Source: Alphaproteobacteria bacterium (GTDB taxonomy: Bacteria; Pseudomonadota; Alphaproteobacteria; Rs-D84). From it: a stretch of DNA of 32,000 nucleotides. Of the stretch, positions 24,648 through 32,000 are shown in pieces (within the stretch, counting starts at the first letter, position 1; the number at the start of each line of letters is the position of its first letter). Location: contig JAFVFD010000002.1 of NCBI GenBank assembly GCA_017475605.1, forward strand, positions 1 through 32,000, written 5' to 3'. The position numbers and the translations under genes were made by a program. Under the pieces are notes generated by a model. The model was not told where the DNA came from. It ran no database searches and worked only from the letters and a program-made list of their open reading frames with translations.

Positions 24648-25229
24648 CTAGCGTCCCTTGGTTTTTTGATTGTGATAAATCGCGTTAAAGTGCTGGCGAC
24701 ATACTGATTTATAATTACTGTCCCCAAGGGCGAATTGGTCGCCCGCACGAATTACACGCCCCGTCGAATCAAAGCGCAGGTGGTGTGTTGCCAATTTTGT
24801 ACACCCCGGCATTTGACAGCATGATTCCATACGGTGTAATTTTGCGCCAACTTCTATTAATCTTTTTGATGCGGGAAATAATTGTTCGTTACTGTCCACC
24901 ATTAAACCATAGCACATAACGATTATATTTTTCCCATCGGCAATCTGAACCAGTTTATCTATGTCCGACGGGGTGAAAAACTGGACTTCGTCAACAAGAA
25001 TGAATTTAGTTGATGGTTTTGGTGTATATGTATTCAGGTTTGGTAACGCAACCGCCGGTGTCTTGATGCCGATGCGCGAAACGATTTCAGAATTAGAAAA
25101 TCGCGTATCAAAGGCCGGCTTTAAAACCTCGGTATCTGTGCCGTTTTGGTTAAAGTTGTATGCGGTAATTACCAATTGTGCGGACTTTGAACTGCCCATG
25201 GTGCCATAATGAAAGTGCAGATTTGCCAT
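24648..25229 (-). CDS. tdk: Thymidine kinase
   Basis: P-loop YGTMGSSKSAQL, the FILVDEVQFF acidic motif, and the C-terminal Cys cluster CCQMPGC...CRQH. Confidence 0.85.
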   Translation of the reverse strand: MANLHFHYGTMGSSKSAQLVITAYNFNQNGTDTEVLKPAFDTRFSNSEIVSRIGIKTPAVALPNLNTYTPKPSTKFILVDEVQFFTPSDIDKLVQIADGKNIIVMCYGLMVDSNEQLFPASKRLIEVGAKLHRMESCCQMPGCTKLATHHLRFDSTGRVIRAGDQFALGDSNYKSVCRQHFNAIYHNQKTKGR

Positions 25230-26177
25230 TTATTTTCCCCCTTGACTTAATACCATAGATTCCAGGCGCGCTATGCGTTTTTGGGTATCGGGGTGGGTTG
25301 AAAAAACATCACCCATAAACCCACGCGCGCCGGGTTCGGCAATACATGCGATTGCCAACGAATGCATATTGCCCAATTTTTTGCTTTCACTTTTCCCACT
25401 TATTTTCCGCAGGGCATTGGCAAGTCCCATTGGATTGCGCGTAATGTGTGCGCCGGTCGCATCGGCGGCATATTCGCGACTGCGTGAAATGGCCAGTTGT
25501 AACAACGGTGTAATAATCGTGTTGAATATGGTAAATGCCAGCCAAACCATCATCAATACTGCGCCCGATTTGTTATCATTATCATCGCGCGAACCGCCAC
25601 CATATAATGCCACCCGGTATATAAGGTCCGCCGCAAAAACCGTTACACCAATTCCGGTGATAATTAACATATCAAGTCGTATATCGCGGTTTCCAATATG
25701 TGCGCATTCGTGGGCGATAACACCTTCAAGTTCCATTCTGTCTAATTTTTTAACAATTCCGCGGGTAAGTGCGACAGATGCATCACGCGGGCTGCGCCCC
25801 GTTGCAAATGCGTTTAGTGAATCATCGTCAATGATATATACGCGCGGTGTGGGTAATCCGGCGGCCAGTGCGACATTTTCAACCGATTTGAATATATCAC
25901 GATACTGGGTATCGGTATCATGTATTTCGTGCGCACCCGCTGCGGATAATATCATCGCATCCCCAAATGCCCATGATATTATCATCCAGATTATACACCC
26001 GATAAATGTTGGAATTGCGACAGAAATTGTTGTGTTAATTGCGTCGTTCAATGGCACCACACACCATGTTAACAAAAATACCAGTGCAATAAAAACAACA
26101 GGGAACAGCAACACTAAAAATGCGGTTTTTATGTTGTTTTGCCGTATATGATCATAGACTGTTTTAATTTTAGGCAT
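25230..26177 (-). CDS. htpX: M48-family zinc metalloprotease HtpX
   Basis: HECAHIGNRD (HExxH) and four TM segments, with ...EYAADATGA downstream. It abuts the tdk start with no intergenic base. Confidence 0.88.
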   Translation of the reverse strand: MPKIKTVYDHIRQNNIKTAFLVLLFPVVFIALVFLLTWCVVPLNDAINTTISVAIPTFIGCIIWMIISWAFGDAMILSAAGAHEIHDTDTQYRDIFKSVENVALAAGLPTPRVYIIDDDSLNAFATGRSPRDASVALTRGIVKKLDRMELEGVIAHECAHIGNRDIRLDMLIITGIGVTVFAADLIYRVALYGGGSRDDNDNKSGAVLMMVWLAFTIFNTIITPLLQLAISRSREYAADATGAHITRNPMGLANALRKISGKSESKKLGNMHSLAIACIAEPGARGFMGDVFSTHPDTQKRIARLESMVLSQGGK

Positions 26178-26265
26178 GACTTTCCTTTTCCATTGGATTC
26201 ATTATTGAACAAATTGAAAACAATGTCATGAAAAATATTTTAAAATATGATATAATTTAGTGCGT

Positions 26266-27291
26266 ATGAAAAAGGTGGTGTCTTATCTTGTCGTGATGGT
26301 GTGTATTGGCGGCTTTGTTTCTGCCAATGGGGAAAGTTTGCTTAAACCCGCATCGTTTCCAAAGGTTTTTAATGATGCACCATTCATTGCGCGGGTCCAA
26401 ATTCTGGCCGAAGGTTACGATGATTATGAATCTGTATATGATGCAAACGGGCGGTGTATTTCCGGGTGTGCATATCCAGGCATCACCATGGAAAAAGAAA
26501 CAGAAGCCATTGAACGCAACAGCCGCATGGCGCAATCTGCCGCCCAACAATACAATTATCCAAGTGGTAATATTGCCGCAAACAACGGGGTAATGCCGGA
26601 ACAACAATCAAATACAAATGTTGTTATTCCAAATGTTTCGAACCAGCCAACAACAAATCTAAACGCACCGGCAGCATCGACACCGCCCACACCCACACAA
26701 CAAACATATAACTGTGCCACACATCGCGCGGCATATCGGACATTGGTGCCGGGTAATTCGCCAATTGATGTCGATATTCATATATCATCTGATTTTGGAC
26801 CACGAAAATCGCCAACCGCCGGTGCATCATCTTGGCACAAGGGGATAGATATTTCCATACCAACGGGAACCCCGGTATATGCGACCGCGGATGGCACCGT
26901 CGAATATATACGGGACCAGGGAAACAAGGGTGGCGGTAAATACATCGTTATCAAACATGGCAATACCAATTTTAGAACGGCATATTTTCATTTAAGTAAT
27001 AACCAGGTGTTAAAGGTGGGTGATTTTGTGAATGCGGGGTGCCTTGTCGGAATAAGCGGGAATACAGGTGTTTCAACCGGACCGCATTTACACTATACGA
27101 TTTATTACACCCAACCCGGAAAATCGTTTAATTTTGCGCTGGATCCGGTTGACCCATTGTGGACCGAAAACCAACTTAAAACGAATTATAGATTTAAAAG
27201 CCAGGCGGCAAAATCGTGTCTGCATACCGCACATAATTTTTGTGGAACGGGGGCTGTGCCGCCCGATACATTACCAGGCGAAATAAAATAA
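26266..27291 (+). CDS. Secreted M23-family peptidase
   Basis: Signal peptide MKKVVSYLVVMVCIGGFVSANG, then HKGIDISIPTGTPVYA...KYIVIKHG...GNTGVSTGPHLHYTI. The track ORF starts at the GTG at 26260. Confidence 0.88.
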   Translation: MKKVVSYLVVMVCIGGFVSANGESLLKPASFPKVFNDAPFIARVQILAEGYDDYESVYDANGRCISGCAYPGITMEKETEAIERNSRMAQSAAQQYNYPSGNIAANNGVMPEQQSNTNVVIPNVSNQPTTNLNAPAASTPPTPTQQTYNCATHRAAYRTLVPGNSPIDVDIHISSDFGPRKSPTAGASSWHKGIDISIPTGTPVYATADGTVEYIRDQGNKGGGKYIVIKHGNTNFRTAYFHLSNNQVLKVGDFVNAGCLVGISGNTGVSTGPHLHYTIYYTQPGKSFNFALDPVDPLWTENQLKTNYRFKSQAAKSCLHTAHNFCGTGAVPPDTLPGEIK

Positions 27292-27660
27292 CTATTTTTT
27301 ATGATGGAATCGAACCATAAAACTGCCGTTATTTATCGCATGAAAATCAACGATATATGGCGACAAAATACTTTCGCGCGCCCATTGTGGAAAAAGTTCA
27401 TGTAAGACACCGCTGGCCCCGGTAATAATATTTGCCGATTTCGCGCCCGATGTGGCCGCGTTCATTATTTCAGACCATGCCTCTTCAACTGTTTTCATAT
27501 GTAAATCAATAACGATATTGTCTGGGGTTGGGGCAACCGGTTTGGGTATGCGTTTTGATAATTGTAATTCAGAACGCACCGCGCGCTTTGTCGTGGTGTC
27601 ATCGGGTGTATATTCGGCCCCAATCATTTGTAATATATCGTTGTCTGATAATTGTTTCAT
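27292..27660 (-). CDS. Smr (small MutS-related) domain protein
   Basis: IDLHMKTVEEAWSEI...NIITGASGVLHELFPQW resembles the Smr LDLHG...IIHGKG pattern, but is degenerate. The alternative start is 27687. Confidence 0.55.
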   Translation of the reverse strand: MKQLSDNDILQMIGAEYTPDDTTTKRAVRSELQLSKRIPKPVAPTPDNIVIDLHMKTVEEAWSEIMNAATSGAKSANIITGASGVLHELFPQWARESILSPYIVDFHAINNGSFMVRFHHKK

Positions 27661-27701
27661 GGTATTAATGATACAATATATATTCAAGATTTCAACGCAA
27701 T

Positions 27702-27727
27702 AAAAAACGCCCGACGGGGCGTTTTTT
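27702..27727 (-). terminator. rlpA terminator (bidirectional hairpin)
   Basis: aaaaaacgccc / gacg / gggcgtttttt. Confidence 0.8.
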
Positions 27728-27750
27728 AATGAATGTAAGTCGTATGCATA

Positions 27751-28623
27751 TTAAATGCTGTCCGCGTTTACCCAACGGCCATTCTTTAACAGACCCGGTG
27801 CCATACCTTCGCTGCTGCGCAGGGCATCAATTACACCACGTGCCTTTGGCGCATCAAGGTTTTCAATACGAACCTTGTACATGTCGCCTTCGTGAACAAC
27901 GGTTGCGTCGCCATATGCGCGCATACGTGCGGCCAGGGCATTAGCACTGTCTTCGGCATAGAACGCGGCAACCTGGACACTGTAATCGCCGGTTGTTGCG
28001 ACCGGTGCCGGCTGTGCCGCCGGGGCAGGTTGTGCGGCAACCGTTTCTTCAACAACGGCTGCGCCTGTATTACCAATAGTTGCGTTTTTAACAGCGATTG
28101 ATTCATCGCCCAAAACTTGAATCTGAACCTTGGCAGAACCCTTCATACCGATACGTGCCGCGGCCGCCGGGGACAAATCCATAATACGAGTGTTCACAAA
28201 TGGACCACGATTATTTACACGAACAACAACCGATTGTCCGTTATCCAAATTGGTAACGCGTGCGATTGTTGGTAATGGTAATGTTTTACTGGTTGCGGCC
28301 ATTTGGTTAATGTCAAATGTTTCGCCGTTGCTGGTCTTGGTACCATTTAATTCAGCTGGAACGATACCTGCGATACCAGTTTGATTATATGTTAAATCTT
28401 CTGCTGGGATATATTGTACATCTTCGACCTTGTATGCGTTGCCGACATAATATCTTGGGGCGGCGGCCAATAAATAAGCATTATTCAGTGTTTGTTCGCC
28501 CGCGTCGGTCGTCAATGTTTCTTCGCCAAAGCCATCGGAACCATAGCCGGCATTATTTTGATTTGCGGTTGTACAACCCGCCAAAACAGCGGCCAATGCC
28601 GCCAATGAAATCAGTTTTTTCAT
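27751..28623 (-). CDS. rlpA: Septal-ring lytic transglycosylase RlpA (DPBB plus SPOR domains), lipoprotein
   Basis: Lipobox VLAGC. DPBB region TSNGETFDINQMAATSKTLPLPTIARVTNLDNGQSVVVRVNNRGPF. C-terminal SPOR-like YSVQVAAFYAEDSANALAARM. Confidence 0.88.
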   Translation of the reverse strand: MKKLISLAALAAVLAGCTTANQNNAGYGSDGFGEETLTTDAGEQTLNNAYLLAAAPRYYVGNAYKVEDVQYIPAEDLTYNQTGIAGIVPAELNGTKTSNGETFDINQMAATSKTLPLPTIARVTNLDNGQSVVVRVNNRGPFVNTRIMDLSPAAAARIGMKGSAKVQIQVLGDESIAVKNATIGNTGAAVVEETVAAQPAPAAQPAPVATTGDYSVQVAAFYAEDSANALAARMRAYGDATVVHEGDMYKVRIENLDAPKARGVIDALRSSEGMAPGLLKNGRWVNADSI

Positions 28624-28690
28624 GTGGAACTCCTTACATTCTTATGAATGTATTTTATCATATAATATTTCCACTTTCAACTTTATTTTA

Positions 28691-30157
28691 TTACTTTATT
28701 TTTCGGTCAATCACATATGCCGCGGGCAGGTATATAATCGCATATCCGCCAATCGCGACACCCAACATCCAAATAGATGTAATCGGAATCATCATCAGAC
28801 CAACACCCAAGACCGCGGACAACACCGCAAAAGCAATAACTGCGCGAATTGTACGACCGTCTGTACTCCACAAACCACGTTTGCGACACGCGCGCCCCAA
28901 CAAATAGTTTTTAAGATAACCACTTGCCACGACCCCAACTGGAATTGCCAAATATCCGATAAAGTGGAACAGTCCCAAATAGATAGCCGATGCGGCACCC
29001 AATGAAATCATGCTGGTTCGCACAGGTGTTTTAACATCTTGGGTTGCGTAAAGTGTTTTACTGTAAATCTGGCTGACCAACATAGCGGGCAAAACGAAAA
29101 TCTGAATCATAATGGCAACGGCAACCGCATGTGTTGATTCCGCCGTCCACGCGCCATGTTGGAACAAATATTTAATAATCGGTTCCGCCAACACGAAAAG
29201 CCCCACCAAACATGGCAAAATTAACATCAGCCCGCGGCGCATAGACGAATTTTGTTGGATATGAACACTGCGCATATTATTGTCGGCCAACGCATTTGAT
29301 ATAGACGACATTAACACCGTTCCAACCGCCAGGCCAATCATCGCAAAAGGCAACTGAACAATGCGGTCCGCATAATAAAGCCACGATACCGCGCCACTTT
29401 GGAAACTGGCAACCAATGTCCCAAGGATAATCGTGATTTGATAAAAGCCGCTGCCCACGATGCTTATACCGAAACGACCAAACATACTTTTAATTTGTTT
29501 GTTCCATTTTGGTATAACAAGGCGCAGACCGAAATGTTTTTGTCGAACGCGCATCCATAAAATACCAAATTGAATAATTCCGGACAAGACGACCGTTGCC
29601 GCCATTATGAATAACGCGTTTGTCCCGGCCCCCAAAAACATTGCCAGTAATAACGCGCAAATTAACATAATGTTTAACATTACAGGCATAAACGCAGCCA
29701 GCAAGAATCGCGAAAACGCGTTTAACACCGCGGATAAAAATGCCGCGCCACACACGAATATCACATAGACGAACATAATACGCGAAATAATGACGGTTAA
29801 TTCCATTTTGCCTGGGTCCGCATCAAACCCAGGGGCCAGCATCCAAATAACCAACGGCATAAATATCTCAAATACTATCGTTATGCCCAGCAACACAACC
29901 ATCAGCCACGAAAACACATTTTTCGCAAAGTTTTCGTCCTTTTTTGAATCGGTGTACATTGGAATAAAGATAGCAGACAGGGCACCTTCGCCCAAAAGGT
30001 CGCGGAAAAGATTTGGCAACTTAAACGCAGCCAAGAAAATGTCGGACAGCCGACCCGCACCCAATACGCGCGCAATCAACATATCGCGCACAAAGCCGAA
30101 AATGCGGCTAATGCCAGTCATGGCACCAACCCCGAAAATATGTTTGCCTAGTTTCAT
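28691..30157 (-). CDS. murJ: Lipid II flippase MurJ
   Basis: GISRIFGFVRDMLIARVLGAG..SDIFLAAFKLPNLFRDLLGEGALSAIFIPMY, about 14 TM segments. Confidence 0.92.
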   Translation of the reverse strand: MKLGKHIFGVGAMTGISRIFGFVRDMLIARVLGAGRLSDIFLAAFKLPNLFRDLLGEGALSAIFIPMYTDSKKDENFAKNVFSWLMVVLLGITIVFEIFMPLVIWMLAPGFDADPGKMELTVIISRIMFVYVIFVCGAAFLSAVLNAFSRFLLAAFMPVMLNIMLICALLLAMFLGAGTNALFIMAATVVLSGIIQFGILWMRVRQKHFGLRLVIPKWNKQIKSMFGRFGISIVGSGFYQITIILGTLVASFQSGAVSWLYYADRIVQLPFAMIGLAVGTVLMSSISNALADNNMRSVHIQQNSSMRRGLMLILPCLVGLFVLAEPIIKYLFQHGAWTAESTHAVAVAIMIQIFVLPAMLVSQIYSKTLYATQDVKTPVRTSMISLGAASAIYLGLFHFIGYLAIPVGVVASGYLKNYLLGRACRKRGLWSTDGRTIRAVIAFAVLSAVLGVGLMMIPITSIWMLGVAIGGYAIIYLPAAYVIDRKIK

Positions 30158-30211
30158 AAGTTTTATTATACTAACCTTCGAGACATAAAATCAAGACAGG
30201 AATAAAACGAA

Positions 30212-30934
30212 ATGAAAAGATTAATTTTTATGGTTTGTGCGCTGGGGATTCTGGCTGGATGTAATGGTTCATCGGTCAAGATTACGCCGGAACAACCATT
30301 AAACGACATTTATGACGAAGCCTATGCCCAGTTTAATAAAAAGCATTATGATACCGCTGCGGAAAAGTTTTTGTTGGTGGAAACCCAATACCCGACCAGT
30401 CCGTACGCGGCGGATGCGTTGATTATGGCGGCATATTCACACTATATGGACGATGATTTTGCCGGTGCGTTGTTGGTTGCCGATCGCTTTATGCGTTTTC
30501 ACCCCGGGCATTCGGATGTACCATATATGTTATACCTGCGCGGAATGTGCTATTATCGCCAGGTAAGCGATGTGCGTCGTGAACCGGGCATGTCCGTTTA
30601 CGCATTACAGCAATTTCAGCAATTGGTTGAACGTTTCCCAAACACCGAATATGCCAAGAATGCGAAAAATAAAATTACAATCTTGAAAAACTATATTGCG
30701 GGCAAAATAATGTATGCCGCGCGCAACGATATGGCGGCGCAAAATTGGCCGTCCGCAATTACGCGTTTTCAATCGGTTGTGTCCGATGCCCAGGAAACCG
30801 TCATGACGGCCGAGGCTTTATACAGATTGACCGAATGTTATACCGCGATTGGTTTGCCGGAACAGGCCGCTGGATATGCGGAAATGTTGCGTAAAAACTT
30901 TCCAGATAACGAATGGACAAAAAAATTGAAATAA
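30212..30934 (+). CDS. bamD: Outer-membrane protein assembly factor BamD
   Basis: Lipobox ILAGC and TPR-like repeats (YPTSPYAADALIMAAYSHY...HPGHSDVPYMLYLRGMCYY). Confidence 0.85.
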   Translation: MKRLIFMVCALGILAGCNGSSVKITPEQPLNDIYDEAYAQFNKKHYDTAAEKFLLVETQYPTSPYAADALIMAAYSHYMDDDFAGALLVADRFMRFHPGHSDVPYMLYLRGMCYYRQVSDVRREPGMSVYALQQFQQLVERFPNTEYAKNAKNKITILKNYIAGKIMYAARNDMAAQNWPSAITRFQSVVSDAQETVMTAEALYRLTECYTAIGLPEQAAGYAEMLRKNFPDNEWTKKLK

Positions 30935-30965
30935 AAAATCGCCCAAATGGGCGGTTTTATTTTTG
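30933..30965. terminator. Bidirectional terminator (bamD / deaminase)
   Basis: aatcgccc / aaat / gggcggtt followed by a T-rich run. Confidence 0.65.
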
Positions 30966-31484
30966 CTTTTCCATTAACGGTTTGAACTTTGCCACGATAT
31001 TTGTGTTAACAAGTTCGCGTTTTAATTCGGCTGTTTTTACACCGGCTTCGCGGAACATTTCAAACGAATTAACGACTGTATCGCGCCAATTTGCCGTTTG
31101 TGGTTTGGCGGCATCTATTTCAGGGGTCAAGAAATAAACCTGTTTTATCCCCGATTGAATAATTGCGCGTGCGCAATCGGCGCATGGTGGCATTGTTACA
31201 TATAATGTGCACCCACGCAGCGATGCCCCGAACGAGCATGCGTTGTAAATAGCGTTGCGTTCGGCATGTTCATAGAACGCGTATTTTGTTGGGCGCAATT
31301 GGCGATATTCCACATCGTCATTTACACCACGCGGAAAACCATTGTATCCCTGGGAACGAATTTCTTTGTCTGGACCAACGACGATACAGCCCACCTTGGT
31401 GCTGGGGTCTTTGGACCACGTGGAAATGTGAAGTGCCAATTCCATAAAACGATAGTTCCATTTTTCCGAAAAGTTTTCAGTCAT
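30957..31484 (-). CDS. Deoxycytidylate (dCMP) deaminase, CDA superfamily
   Basis: Zinc motifs HAERNA and PCADCA; KVGCIVVG...GYNGFPRG. Confidence 0.88.
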   Translation of the reverse strand: MTENFSEKWNYRFMELALHISTWSKDPSTKVGCIVVGPDKEIRSQGYNGFPRGVNDDVEYRQLRPTKYAFYEHAERNAIYNACSFGASLRGCTLYVTMPPCADCARAIIQSGIKQVYFLTPEIDAAKPQTANWRDTVVNSFEMFREAGVKTAELKRELVNTNIVAKFKPLMEKQK

Positions 31485-31587
31485 ACTGGTACCTTTTGTC
31501 TGTATTTATTTGTACAGAATATTATATTTGTACAAATTTTCAAGGTTTTTTGTTGCCTTTCCCAAATGGTGTGCTAACCTTTTTGGT

Positions 31588-32000
31588 ATGAACAAGACAT
31601 ATTCGGGTTTTATTGCGATAATTGGGCCGACAAATGCCGGCAAAAGTACTTTGCTTAACCAAATTATGGGGCGCAAAGTATCTATTGTTTCGCACAAGGT
31701 TCAAACAACGCGTACGCGCCTGCGGGCCGTTAAAATGGTGGGCGACAAACAATTGATATTTGTTGATACCCCCGGTGTTTTCAAGCCAAAACGCAGACTT
31801 GATCGGGCCATGGTCGGCGCGGCGATGGATGCGATATCTGATGCCGATGCGGTGTTGTTGGTTGTTGATGCAACGCATGGAATAACGGATACAATTCGCG
31901 ATTTGGTTTCGCGTGTGCGCGAACACAAAAACCTTTTTGTCGCATTGAACAAGGTTGATGCGATTGCAAAACTGGACCTTTTGCCGATTGTTGATGAATT
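31588..32000 (+). CDS. era: GTPase Era (3' end outside window)
   Basis: I translated it by hand from the ATG at 31588: MNKTYSGFIAIIGPTNAGKSTLLNQIMG...TTRTR...DTPGVF...NKVD. The frame stays open to the window edge and the ORF is absent from the track. Confidence 0.9.
   Translation, partial: MNKTYSGFIAIIGPTNAGKSTLLNQIMGRKVSIVSHKVQTTRTRLRAVKMVGDKQLIFVDTPGVFKPKRRLDRAMVGAAMDAISDADAVLLVVDATHGITDTIRDLVSRVREHKNLFVALNKVDAIAKLDLLPIVDE

Overview
This 32-kb window comes from a Gram-negative chromosome, shown by BamD, RlpA, MurJ and a beta-barrel OMP. Gene content and an RpoH-type groESL promoter look alphaproteobacterial, but that taxonomic call is low confidence. The region from about 6.4 to 32 kb is ordinary, tightly packed housekeeping: rne, rph, groES-groEL, HIT/DUF167, LOG, tilS-ftsH, two M23 peptidases, prmC, tRNA-Arg(ACG), tdk, htpX, rlpA, murJ, bamD, dCMP deaminase and era. 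The left 5.5 kb holds a complete diversity-generating retroelement (DGR). A 135-bp variable region (VR, 3367-3501) forms the last 45 codons of a very large Cys/Thr/Ser/Gly-rich repeat protein whose 5' end lies outside the window. Its template repeat (TR, 5303-5437) sits on the opposite strand. The two differ at 14 positions, and every one is an adenine in the TR. A DGR-type reverse transcriptase (4058-5092, minus strand) lies 210 nt downstream of the TR. I recognise no Avd gene. Instead, a small unrecognised ORF with a near-consensus promoter sits between VR and RT. The VR segment does not show the usual C-type-lectin VR signature. Other points worth a second look are two tandem secreted Cys-rich paralogs of the DGR target family (10841-12831), a GIY-YIG gene bracketed by 28-bp perfect inverted repeats and a chain of hairpins, a 76-80-bp palindromic MITE/REP-like element family, and triplicated copies of the tRNA-Arg 3' end. 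All calls come from manual reading of the sequence and ORF translations; no database search was possible.
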